Source: Microcystis aeruginosa NIES-843 (lineage in GTDB: Bacteria > Cyanobacteriota > Cyanobacteriia > Cyanobacteriales > Microcystaceae). Taken from it: a DNA stretch of 32,000 bases. The DNA is taken from contig NC_010296.1 in the NCBI RefSeq assembly GCF_000010625.1, forward strand, positions 4,350,001 to 4,382,000. The letters run 5' to 3'. The translations under genes and the position numbers were made by a program. A model generated the notes under the pieces. It had not been told where the DNA came from, ran no database searches, and worked only from the letters and a program-made list of their open reading frames with translations. Positions 1 to 9,506 of the stretch are shown here, piece by piece; positions within the stretch are counted from its first letter, which is position 1; each line of letters starts with the position of its first letter.

Positions 1-153
1 ATAGATTATACAGAACCGCCTAGTTTACTAGATTTAGTAGATCTGGAATATTATTTAAGTGATTTACTTAAGGTAAAAGCGGATGTTATCAGTAAAAATG
101 GATTAAAAGGAAGAAGGAGAGAAAGAATTTTATCCGAGGTTATTTATGTATGA
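1..153 (+). CDS. nucleotidyltransferase-family protein, C-terminal fragment (MNT-type antitoxin partner of HepT); 5' end lies outside the window
   Basis: Frame is open from base 1: IDYTEPPSLLDLVDLEYYLSDLLKVKADVISKNGLKGRRRERILSEVIYV*, with stop TGA at 151-153. An ATGA overlap joins it to the downstream DUF86/HEPN ORF, the usual MNT-HepT layout. Confidence 0.6.
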   Translation: MDYTEPPSLLDLVDLEYYLSDLLKVKADVISKNGLKGRRRERILSEVIYV

Positions 154-499
154 CGCAACGGGAATTTAGAGATTTCTTGCAAGACATTCTAGAGGCAATT
201 TGTCAACGAGAAAAGATGACTCAGGATCTAAGCTTTGCAGAATTTCCAACTAAGATAGAAATATTTCTTTCGGCAGTAAAATTAATTGAAATAATCGGGG
301 AAGCAGTCAAAAATATTCCTGATGAAGTGAGAGTTAATTATCCCAATATTCCTTGGAAAAACATCGCAGGTATGCGGGATAAATTAGTTCATGACATGAA
401 TATTGGGCAATTGATGAAAAAGTCGTCTGGAAAGTGATTCAAAACAATCTCCCCCAGCTAAAGAGAATCATTATCAGTATCATTGAGAAATTACAATAA
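150..499 (+). pseudogene. HepT-like (DUF86/HEPN) toxin gene, frameshifted
   Basis: The ORF 150-437 carries the HEPN R-x4-H motif (GMRDKLVH), then reads nonsense to a stop. The shifted frame continues HEYWAIDEKVVWKVIQNNLPQLKRIIISIIEKLQ* to TAA 497-499. A tandem CATGA-CATGA at 390-399 explains the shift. Confidence 0.65.
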
Positions 500-521
500 A
501 TTTTCCTTCCTCCTTTAAAAA

Positions 522-549
522 CCCACCTCCCCACTTCCCACTTCCCCAT
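522..549. repeat. C-rich 7-8 nt tandem repeat (CCCCACT type)
   Basis: The units read cccacct ccccact tcccact tccccat. The 18-nt core cccacctccccacttccc recurs at 9653-9672. Confidence 0.7.
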
Positions 550-610
550 TCATAATTATTCCCACTTGCAAGAGTGCCTTTTTGAACCTTTCCCTAAAAA
601 GGTCTTAATT

Positions 611-1510
611 TTAGGGAAATACAGTTAAAGGAATCCATTCGTAGGTGTTGACAATGCCTTGAAAATAATCATTAATAGTTTCTCTGGAATAGGGAACAAC
701 ACCCTCTTCACCAAACCAACGTTCATAAATTGTCACCGCTTGTTGTTGGTCACTAACGATCCCTTCCATGAATTTTAATAGGGTATAATTCACTGTATCG
801 CGCCATTTAGAATCATTTTCGGGTAAAGTACAGGCATAGGATTCGTAGGCGTAGGGATAGGAGGGAACTATGGCTAAATTATTGGGATTTTTAGCGCTTT
901 TCCTTAAACCTTCCAGGGTAATGCCATCACTGGCAAAACCATCAATTTCTCCCGCTTCTAGTTTTTGTAAACCCTCGCCACGATTTTTAACTTTGACCAA
1001 AATAGCGGCGGGTTGTTGAGTTTTAATTACTGCTTCATTAGTAGTATTGGCAATTACTCCAATGCGTCTGCCTGCCAGGCTACCGATGTCATCGAGATTA
1101 CTACCTTTGCGGGTGAGCAATTGAGTACCACCGGCAAAGTAACTAACAGAAAAATCCACTTCATTTTCTCTTTTCCAAGTAAAAGTAGTGGAGCCACATT
1201 CTATATCTATAACCCCTGTTTTCAACTTTTCAAAGCGATTTTGGGGAGTAATCTCAACAATTTTTAACTTAATTGGTTTTCCTAACTTCCGTTCGGTTTC
1301 CTTGCGAATTAACTCTAACATATCAAGGCTGTAACCCACCCACTTGCCCTGGGAGTTGACAAAACCAAAGGGAATAGCATCTTTACGAGCGCCCGCAGTA
1401 ATTACCCCAGTTTTTTGAATGCGATCGAAGATTGCTCCCGCAAGGCTAGAATGGTTACTGGTGAGGGTTAAAGCTACTGTCATCGTCATGACGGCAAGTG
1501 TACGCTTCAT
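611..1510 (-). CDS. polar amino-acid ABC transporter substrate-binding protein (family 3)
   Basis: 299-aa ORF with an N-terminal signal peptide (MKRTLAVMTMTVALTL). The body is typical of type 3 periplasmic binding proteins (VITAGARKDAIPFGF, GYSLDM, IDIECGSTT, IDGFASDG). Confidence 0.85.
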   Translation of the reverse strand: MKRTLAVMTMTVALTLTSNHSSLAGAIFDRIQKTGVITAGARKDAIPFGFVNSQGKWVGYSLDMLELIRKETERKLGKPIKLKIVEITPQNRFEKLKTGVIDIECGSTTFTWKRENEVDFSVSYFAGGTQLLTRKGSNLDDIGSLAGRRIGVIANTTNEAVIKTQQPAAILVKVKNRGEGLQKLEAGEIDGFASDGITLEGLRKSAKNPNNLAIVPSYPYAYESYACTLPENDSKWRDTVNYTLLKFMEGIVSDQQQAVTIYERWFGEEGVVPYSRETINDYFQGIVNTYEWIPLTVFP

Positions 1511-1604
1511 TTTTTTTCCTAATCTGAAAGTGGCTCAAGTCTGGGACTGTTTCAGGAGACTGAGAGTTTCCCAGAGGAAGATTTTTCAGAGGAGATTGCT
1601 GGGG

Positions 1605-1635
1605 ACAAAAAAAGAGGAGAGATGTTACTCTCTCC
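1605..1635 (-). terminator. rho-independent terminator read on the minus strand
   Basis: Perfect 7-bp stem GGAGAGA (1616-1622) / TCTCTCC (1629-1635) with a 6-nt loop. On the minus strand it is followed by TCTTTTTTTGT (complement of 1605-1615). Confidence 0.5.
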
Positions 1636-1836
1636 CCCTTTCAGTTTTTTCGACAGCATTTTAAATTGTTTTTTCAGTTGTCGCTGTCGGGCCGAACCAC
1701 CCTTGCCTTTGTCGTTACGTCCCTGACGGCGGGGGGACTCCCATCGCTTAAGTCGCATAGTTTTTAATTCAAATTTGGTTAGTTATCTGTATTGTAACAG
1801 GGTTAGCGTCAGTTTGGGTTAAGGAAATGAACTGAC

Positions 1837-1858
1837 GGGGTGTAGGGTGTGGGGTGTG
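1837..1858 (+). repeat. GGGGTGT heptamer array, 5' part (split by the intron)
   Basis: GGGGTGT AGGGTGT GGGGTGT G, directly abutting GTGCG at 1859. Confidence 0.8.
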
Positions 1859-2643
1859 GTGCGATTCGTTGGCTAGAAACTAGACAGTAAGACGTTTAGA
1901 GGATTAGCCGCTTGGTAAATGTAGTACCTTGATAACTTTATAACCCTACAGGTGCGGGTTAGTAATAACCTTAGTCCTGTCCTCTAGATGCCTAGAGTGA
2001 CGGCATTTCCTGCTGCTTTAGACTTGGTACATCTGAGGTAGTGAGCGAGGAAAAAAAAGCGGTATCTGATAGCCTAAATCAGAAACCCGTTGAGCCAGAA
2101 CCTATGGATAGCCCTGGGGCGAAGATACGAATTAACCATCGTCAACACCCACGAGCCAAAAGGCTGACAGGCTCGAAACAAAAGTTAACAGAGTTGGGGC
2201 TGATAGCTCATACCACTATCAGTAAGGCATTCCCGTTACTCTGTTGTGGACAGTATCATCCTAAGGGTTCAACCAATGGTTATAGGGAACGAAGTAACCC
2301 TGATTGACTCTGCCCGTTCGGGGCAGTAGGAAACCATCCGCAAGTCAATAGAGGGAGAGGATGTCCTTAAAAGCCAAGGCTTTGAGTAATATCAAAGATA
2401 TGCTGACAAAGGACGGGTAACTAGGAAGTCTAAGCAACAATCAACGGTCATATACGCCCTAAAACCAACAATCTTGTCTGGTGGGGATACAGCCAAGAGG
2501 GTTGAATAGACAAGGAAATAATAATTCCCATTATTATTCTACTAATGACAGTAGCCTAGTTACTCAGGAGCCGGATACGGCGAAAGTCGTAAGTCCGGTT
2601 TTGAAGCAGGGGGTGGGAAGGCGACTTCCTGCTCTACTGTAAC
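1859..2643 (+). mobile_element. ORF-less group II intron (about 785 nt)
   Basis: The 5' end is GTGCG at 1859. A canonical 34-nt domain V lies at 2568-2601. A domain VI hairpin spans 2605-2633, with an unpaired A (2636) 7 nt before a terminal AC. The domain IV position holds only a short hairpin (cttgtct...agacaag) and no reverse-transcriptase ORF. Excising 1859-2643 restores the heptamer phase of the flanking array. Confidence 0.75.
2568..2601 (+). ncRNA. group II intron domain V (catalytic hairpin)
   Basis: GAGCCGGAU-ACGGC-GAAA-GUCGU-AA-GUCCGGUUU. This gives a 9-bp lower stem starting with the AGC triad, a 2-nt bulge on the 3' strand, a 5-bp upper stem and a GAAA tetraloop. Confidence 0.85.
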
Positions 2644-2669
2644 GGGTGTGGGGTTTTACCCATTTTCAG
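2644..2669 (+). repeat. GGGGTGT heptamer array, 3' part, plus conserved GGTTTTACCNATTTT module
   Basis: The sequence is gggtgtggggttttacccattttcag. The reverse complement of 5672-5697 reads tgtagggttttaccgattttgag, so the same array-plus-flank module occurs twice. Confidence 0.7.
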
Positions 2670-3950
<1,281 letters not shown>

Positions 3951-4081
3951 TGTCTTGCCTATTTGGGGTACAAAAGATTTTCTTTATTCCCCTTGACTTT
4001 TAAGACAATCGCTACATTCATCTTATATTTAATTCCACCCACCCACTTAACCAACCTTGTCCACCTAATTAGTATTTTCCT

Positions 4082-4708
4082 ATGCTTAGTCAGCAACTTT
4101 GGCACAGCCATCAAGATCTAGTACAAGCTTGTCTAGAACACCCTTTTGTGCGAGGTATCGCCACAGGAGAGCTTAAACGGGACTGTTTCGCTTTCTATGT
4201 CGGTCAAGATGCTTTTTTTCTGGAATCTTTCGCCCGTGCTTACAGTATCGCCGCCGCTAAAGCTCCCGATTGGCAGGGATTTACTAGCTTTCATCGGTTA
4301 GCGGCAGGGGTATTAAAGGAATTAGAATTACACGAAAATTACGCTTTACAGTGGGGGGTTGACCTGAGAAAGGTTCAGCCCGCTAACGCCACCCGTCGCT
4401 ATCGGGATTTTCTTCTCGCTACCGCTTGGATGGGTGATATCGGTGCGATTGCCGTGGCGATGAGTCCCTGTATGCGTCTTTATGCTTATCTGGGTCAACA
4501 ATTAGCCTTAGAGCCGATTCCTGAGAATCCCTATCAAGCTTGGATTGATAGTTATAGTGGGGATGAATTTGAAGCTTTAGCAAGCCAGTTAGAGGAATTA
4601 GCCGATAAATACACCCTGATGACCGAAAATATCTCTTTATCCTATCGTTATGCCCTTAGTTGTGAACTGGATTTCTTTAGTGCCGCCTACAGCCGGGGCA
4701 AATCTTAA
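4082..4708 (+). CDS. tenA: TenA-family thiaminase II / aminopyrimidine aminohydrolase
   Basis: 208 aa with HPFVRGIATGELKRDCFAFYVGQDAFFLESFARAY, typical of the TenA/THI-4/PqqC fold. Confidence 0.8.
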   Translation: MLSQQLWHSHQDLVQACLEHPFVRGIATGELKRDCFAFYVGQDAFFLESFARAYSIAAAKAPDWQGFTSFHRLAAGVLKELELHENYALQWGVDLRKVQPANATRRYRDFLLATAWMGDIGAIAVAMSPCMRLYAYLGQQLALEPIPENPYQAWIDSYSGDEFEALASQLEELADKYTLMTENISLSYRYALSCELDFFSAAYSRGKS

Positions 4709-4783
4709 AGTTTTCCCGTCATAATGTTAAGAAATATAAATAACGCTAAGATTAAGGTAAGCAAAATCGTCATTATAAGAATA

Positions 4784-5131
4784 ATGTTTCCTTCGCAACC
4801 CACCGAAAACGAACTCCTGAAAACTATATTGGAACCTCTACTAGAGGATTTCACCCATTGGTTTTCCCGTTCCCGTCTCCTCCTCGAATCCGAGAGATTA
4901 TCCTTTCTCAGCGTCGAGGAACAAAACGATTTATTGGCAAGAGTCAAAAACGCCCAACAGGAGGTGGCCACGGCTTATTTACTCTTTAAAACCACAGGTG
5001 GTCAGGTGGGTATCGAGGCCAAGATGTTGTTGCCTTGGCATCAGTTGGTGGCAGAGTGTTGGGGAGTCAGCAGTCGTCGTCGTCGATTACAGGGTTGGGG
5101 AGAATATCAATCTCCTCAAACTGATGCTTAA
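4784..5131 (+). CDS. conserved hypothetical protein
   Basis: The ORF track starts at 4724, but the first 20 codons are AT-rich junk. ATG at 4784 (MFPSQPTENELLKTILEPLLEDFTHWF...) is the more plausible start. Product unknown. Confidence 0.55.
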   Translation: MFPSQPTENELLKTILEPLLEDFTHWFSRSRLLLESERLSFLSVEEQNDLLARVKNAQQEVATAYLLFKTTGGQVGIEAKMLLPWHQLVAECWGVSSRRRRLQGWGEYQSPQTDA

Positions 5132-5230
5132 CCTGAAACTTTTTGGTAAGCTAGAGAGTTGAGCGAATTTTTAGCATAAAGTTTTGGCAATTAGGGAATA
5201 TTCACACATAATTCATGGGAGACTCGGCCA

Positions 5231-5536
5231 ATGTTACATCTGCTCTATATCCTCGCCTTCACAGTTATCGCTTTTTTGACCATTAATAATTTAATTCGGA
5301 GTCTGATTACTGTCAGCATGGATTCCCAGAAACGTCCTGCTAAATCGGCTAATTCCTATAATCCCTACGGTTATCCCATGACTTCCCATCCCGAACTTTT
5401 GGACGAGGCCGGACAACCGATTAATGAACCTCTGTTAGTGATTCGTTCTCTCACTGTCGAAGATGCTCGTCAACAGTTAGATGCCATTTATAATTCTTCT
5501 CCCAGTGCTACCAAAGAGCAAGATGAAGAAATCTAA
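5231..5536 (+). CDS. small membrane-anchored hypothetical protein
   Basis: 101 aa with an N-terminal hydrophobic helix (MLHLLYILAFTVIAFLTINNLI) and an acidic tail. Product unknown. Confidence 0.55.
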   Translation: MLHLLYILAFTVIAFLTINNLIRSLITVSMDSQKRPAKSANSYNPYGYPMTSHPELLDEAGQPINEPLLVIRSLTVEDARQQLDAIYNSSPSATKEQDEEI

Positions 5537-5539
5537 TTG

Positions 5540-5753
5540 GGGTTGGCTGAATAAATCTAAAAATCTTGTTGGGTAAGACTTTGAGACCTTTTTGAAATCC
5601 AAAAGTGCTAGGCAAGAGGGTGATCAGGGGGAAAATTCAGGTGCTTTTTCCCCGAAAATTAGGTAATTGACCTCCTCAAAATCGGTAAAACCCTACACCC
5701 CACACCCCACACCCCACACCCTGCCCCCACCAGCAAACTTTTTCAGCAGACCC
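5540..5753. mobile_element. MITE-like element with IS5-type termini, carrying a heptamer array
   Basis: The left end GGGTTGGCTGAATAAA and right end ACTTTTTCAGCAGACCC resemble the IR of the IS at 28692-30374 (GGGCTTGCTGAAAAAG). It is flanked by a direct TAATTG at 5534-5539 and 5754-5759. Confidence 0.4.
5691..5725. repeat. CCCCACA heptamer array (reverse complement of the GGGGTGT type)
   Basis: ccctaca ccccaca ccccaca ccccaca ccctgcc. Confidence 0.85.
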
Positions 5754-5767
5754 TAATTGGTTCTAGA

Positions 5768-6415
5768 ATGGCGGTTCTTCAAAACAGATATATTTATCTA
5801 CACGGTTTTGCTTCTAGCCCCCAATCAACAAAAGCGCAATTTTTGGCACATTGTTGGCAAAAGAGGGGTTTAGCAATGGAAATTCCCGATCTTAACGGTG
5901 ATGACTTTTCTAGCTTAACTCTCACTCGTCAGATTGTCCAAATCGGCCCATTGATTGAACAATCTCAGTTTCCCGTTACACTGATTGGTTCCAGTTTTGG
6001 CGGTTTAACGGCAGCTTGGCTGGCAGAAACTTATTCTCAGGTGCAAAGGCTCGTTTTATTAGCTCCGGCTTTTAATTTCGGGCCGATTTGGTTGCGACAA
6101 TTGGGAGCAGAAACCCTAGCCAATTGGCAAAAATCTGGGAGTTTATCGGTTTATCACTACGGTTATCGTCGTTCTCTGCCAATTTATTCCAAATTTATCG
6201 AGGATTTAGCTAATTATCCCCAAGAAAAGTTAATCAGGCAGCTCCCCACCCTGATTATTCATGGTCGTGCCGATGAGGTGATTCCCCTAGAAAATAGTCG
6301 CCATTATTGCATAAATCGTCCTTGGGTAAAATTAATCGAATTAGATAGTGATCATGCCCTTACCGATGTTTTGACGAGAATCCGGGCTGAAATACAATTA
6401 TTTATCAATTTTTGA
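5768..6415 (+). CDS. YqiA-like alpha/beta-hydrolase (esterase)
   Basis: 215 aa with YLHGFASSP at the N-terminus, nucleophile elbow GSSFGG, HGRADEVIP and a late DSDHAL. Confidence 0.75.
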   Translation: MAVLQNRYIYLHGFASSPQSTKAQFLAHCWQKRGLAMEIPDLNGDDFSSLTLTRQIVQIGPLIEQSQFPVTLIGSSFGGLTAAWLAETYSQVQRLVLLAPAFNFGPIWLRQLGAETLANWQKSGSLSVYHYGYRRSLPIYSKFIEDLANYPQEKLIRQLPTLIIHGRADEVIPLENSRHYCINRPWVKLIELDSDHALTDVLTRIRAEIQLFINF

Positions 6416-6537
6416 CTGAAAAAGACCCCCCTTCGATCGGAAAAAGGGGGAGTATTTAGTATTTTTGTATCAGATTTTGAGAAGATTTTTCAGCTTCTCA
6501 GTCTCAAGACAAGAGATTTTCTCCTGATATCTTGCCA

Positions 6538-7119
6538 CTACCAAAGTCCGCGGATAGGAGATACACTAGGCTCGGGAGCGGGTTGAGGAGCAACTTCAGT
6601 AAAGGTTCTGGTTTCCGGGGGTAAAGCGGGAAGTCCCCAAGCGGATTCTTTTTGGTTAACTTCTCTTAAAAGTTGCGAGCGAGTAGCGCTGGTGGTGATT
6701 TCCGATTTTAGTTTCAAGCGGGAAACCCAATAGGGATGAGCTTTACCCACATAAACTAATTTGCCATCTACCACCTGCAATAGTACATCGTCACCACCAG
6801 TGGCATCCCCACTAATACGAGCGGTGGTTCCGTCAGCAAAGTCGCCACTGAAAATTTCTTTGCCATCCACTGTTACAGGTCTGATCAATTGGATGGACAT
6901 AATGCCACCCACGGTTCCCCGAACGCGACCTAGTATATAGTCACCGGGGTTGAGTTGCGGCTCACCTCTGTAGGTGTCATGGCCGCGCAGTTGACTGATC
7001 AGGATTTCGTTATTTTCCGGTCCTGCTTGTACGGGTACAGCGCCAACGGTGGTTAGGGCAACTAAACCGGCAAAACCAGCGACAAGGGAAATTTTGTTAA
7101 ACACAATTACCTCAAGCAA
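6538..7119 (-). CDS. secreted hypothetical protein
   Basis: 193-aa ORF with a signal-like N-terminus (ISLVAGFAGLVALTTVGAVPVQA). The start may be TTG at 7119 or GTG at 7104. No recognisable family. Confidence 0.5.
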   Translation of the reverse strand: MLEVIVFNKISLVAGFAGLVALTTVGAVPVQAGPENNEILISQLRGHDTYRGEPQLNPGDYILGRVRGTVGGIMSIQLIRPVTVDGKEIFSGDFADGTTARISGDATGGDDVLLQVVDGKLVYVGKAHPYWVSRLKLKSEITTSATRSQLLREVNQKESAWGLPALPPETRTFTEVAPQPAPEPSVSPIRGLW

Positions 7120-7227
7120 AAAGTTAGTAAATTACTCAGAGACGTTCTAAATTATAACTTAGTTCCCAATTTTGTCTATATTGCGAAATATTTGTTTAAT
7201 AATTTCTCGATCGAGGTGTTGGGGATT

Positions 7228-7260
7228 TCAGTTATCAGTTATCAGTTATCAGTTATCAGA
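7228..7260. repeat. TCAGTTA heptamer tandem repeat (4.7 copies)
   Basis: tcagtta x4 followed by tcaga. Confidence 0.9.
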
Positions 7261-7341
7261 TTGCAGTGTTGAGTAGACAGTGTTAGGGGAAAACTTCGGT
7301 GTCTTCTGGACATCAGGTGAAAAATGTTCACTGTGTTACAT

Positions 7342-9506
7342 CCCACATTCCGCACCCTCAACTGTCACATAATACCAAATTTCTAAATCCATGACAGACA
7401 TCCACGCTCGAATGCTTGCCAAGCCGGTGTTCGTTGTGACGCGAATAAAGAAAAATGGTGTAAGCTGTCCCCCTCCAGAGACTTGAGTAAAAATACCTAG
7501 CTGGTGAAGGTTTTCTCGGTGGCCGCTAGGGGGGTCTTGAGACCCCTAATTATGAAAAAATAGGAATTGTTGGAAAACTGAGGCGAGTGGACTGTTCGAC
7601 CATGAATCAATCAACAGAAATTGAAGTCAAAAATCTAGACCATCTGGGATTAGTAGCCGGAATTATCGATGAAATAGGAATCGTTGAAATTATCAACGAA
7701 CAAGTCTCAATTGAGCGAGGAGAAATTGTCACAGCTGGGCAAGTCGTGAAAGCAATTATCCTGAATGGATTGGGATTTGTCTCCCGAGCCTTGTATTTAT
7801 TTCCTCAATTTTTTGAAGATAAAGCAACCGAACATCTGCTGGGAGAGGGCATCGAACCAAAACACCTGAATGATGATAAAATTGGTCGAGTAATGGACAA
7901 ACTTTATCAACTTAATGTTTCGGTCATTTTCCTACTGATTAGTTTAGCGGCCGTGAAAAAATTTGGTGTAGCAACCGAGAACTCCCATTTAGATTCGACT
8001 TCTCTATCAGTAGAAGGAGAATATAACAAGGAATACCCAACAGTAGAAATCCTGAAATCAGGAGCAGTGGGAGAAGAAATTGAAACCAGACAACAGCCAA
8101 TAAAAATTACCTACGGATACTCCCGCGACCGAAGACCTGACTTAAAACAATTTATGATTGACTTAATCGTAAGTGGGGATGGAGATGTACCTTTATTCCT
8201 GAAAGTAGGGGACGGAAATGAAGCGGACAAAGCGGTTTTTGGTCAAATCGCCCGAGAATTTAAAAAACAAGTTGACTTTGACAGTTTAATAGTCGGCGAT
8301 AGCGCCCTCTATAGCAAAGAGAATTTAAAACTAATGAAAGAAATGCGTTGGTTGTCTCGAGTACCATTAAGCATTAAAGAGGCTCAAGAGTTGGTTGATA
8401 GCATCTCAGAAAAAGAGTTAACCGATTCAGAAATACCGGGTTATTCCTGGCGGGAAACCATCTCTAACTATGGGGGGATAGAACAAAGATGGTTGCTAGT
8501 TGAAAGTCAAGCTAGACAAGAATCAGACTTGAAAAAATTAGAGAAAAAAATCGAGCAGGAAAAGAATTCTGCCCAAGAAAAAATCCGGCAACTATCCCGA
8601 AGAGAATTTGAGAATAGAGCGGTGGCGTTGGCGATAGCCAAAGGATTATCTGACTCCTTAAAATCTCATCAGTTAACGGAGATTAAAGTCAATCTCATTC
8701 CGCCTGAGTCCCAGGGGTCAAAACTCAAATCAAAAGACGATTTACCCTCTCAAAGCTATCAAGTTCAAGCCGAATTAGAGTTGAATTTGACCGCCATTGA
8801 GAGGCTAAAGAAACGAGCAGGACGATTCGTTTTAGCAACTAACGATTTGGAGAAACAACGATTAAGCAGTGAGGATATACTCAAAAAATATAAAGGGCAA
8901 CAAGCTCCGGAAAGAGGATTTTCTTTTCTCAAAGACCCCTGCTTTTTTGCCCACAGTGTCTTTCTCAAATCTCCCCATAGAATCGAGGTCATGGCCATGC
9001 TCATGGGCTTGTGCCTGCTGGTTTATACTATTGGTCAAAGACAACTTCGTTTAAGTTTAAAACAGCAGGAGACGGGACTGAAAAATCCGTTGGGTAAGTT
9101 AACTGACCGACCGACGTTACGCTGGATATTTCAGGGCTTTCAAGGGATTCATCTCGTCCGTATTCAAGACAATCAAAAGATTAGCAACTTAACGGATGAG
9201 AGGCGCAACATTTTGAGATTTTTTCCCAAACCTTGCCAGGAATATTATCTCTTATCTTGACCAGATGGATTGACTTCAAGGGGTGACAAAACAAAGCGAG
9301 CAACTGGAACATCTCCCCCTAGATGTTAAGTCTGATTGCCTAGTCATTCTCAACAAGCACTGTTTATTGAGAATGACCGGGGGAACTCTGAAATTTTCGG
9401 CTTAGTTGCCGGCAGCTTGCCGCCAACTCACTCCTCTAGATAAGTATTTTGACTCGCGCCCCTTCCTCTTTTGAGACGTTGTGACACTTAGGGTGCGGAA
9501 TGTGGG
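7342..9506 (+). mobile_element. IS1634-family (IS4 superfamily) insertion sequence, complete
   Basis: The terminal IRs share a perfect 17-nt core: CCCACATTCCGCACCCT at 7342-7358 and its complement at 9490-9506. The IRs extend to about 27 bp. A 6-bp direct TTACAT lies at 7336-7341 and 9507-9512. Confidence 0.85.
7587..9260 (+). CDS. IS1634-family transposase
   Basis: Intact 557-aa ORF (GTG at 7587, or ATG at 7602). The N-terminus EVKNLDHLGLVAGIIDEIGIVEIINEQV is typical of this family. Confidence 0.85.
   Translation: MDCSTMNQSTEIEVKNLDHLGLVAGIIDEIGIVEIINEQVSIERGEIVTAGQVVKAIILNGLGFVSRALYLFPQFFEDKATEHLLGEGIEPKHLNDDKIGRVMDKLYQLNVSVIFLLISLAAVKKFGVATENSHLDSTSLSVEGEYNKEYPTVEILKSGAVGEEIETRQQPIKITYGYSRDRRPDLKQFMIDLIVSGDGDVPLFLKVGDGNEADKAVFGQIAREFKKQVDFDSLIVGDSALYSKENLKLMKEMRWLSRVPLSIKEAQELVDSISEKELTDSEIPGYSWRETISNYGGIEQRWLLVESQARQESDLKKLEKKIEQEKNSAQEKIRQLSRREFENRAVALAIAKGLSDSLKSHQLTEIKVNLIPPESQGSKLKSKDDLPSQSYQVQAELELNLTAIERLKKRAGRFVLATNDLEKQRLSSEDILKKYKGQQAPERGFSFLKDPCFFAHSVFLKSPHRIEVMAMLMGLCLLVYTIGQRQLRLSLKQQETGLKNPLGKLTDRPTLRWIFQGFQGIHLVRIQDNQKISNLTDERRNILRFFPKPCQEYYLLS

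Noticed and set aside
1760-1836. Possible second copy of the IS5-type MITE terminus upstream of the intron-bearing heptamer array.
   Set aside because: Only scattered matches (agggt..., tttg) to GGGTCTGCTGAAAAAGTTTG were found, which is not convincing.
2041-2307. 88-aa ORF inside the group II intron as a possible intron-encoded protein.
   Set aside because: It has no reverse-transcriptase, maturase or endonuclease motifs. It lies in domain I-III RNA rather than domain IV, and is too short.
3952-3990. Weak similarity (tcttgccta...tttgg...caaaag) between DNA after the IS110 gene and the interior of the 5540-5753 MITE, as a way to fix the IS110 right end.
   Set aside because: The similarity is too short and gapped, and would require an unexplained internal deletion. 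The IS110 right boundary is left approximate.
7517-7528. 12-nt identity TCGGTGGCCGCT between 7517-7528 and 23596-23607.
   Set aside because: Matches of this length are expected by chance many times in 32 kb, and the flanks are unrelated.
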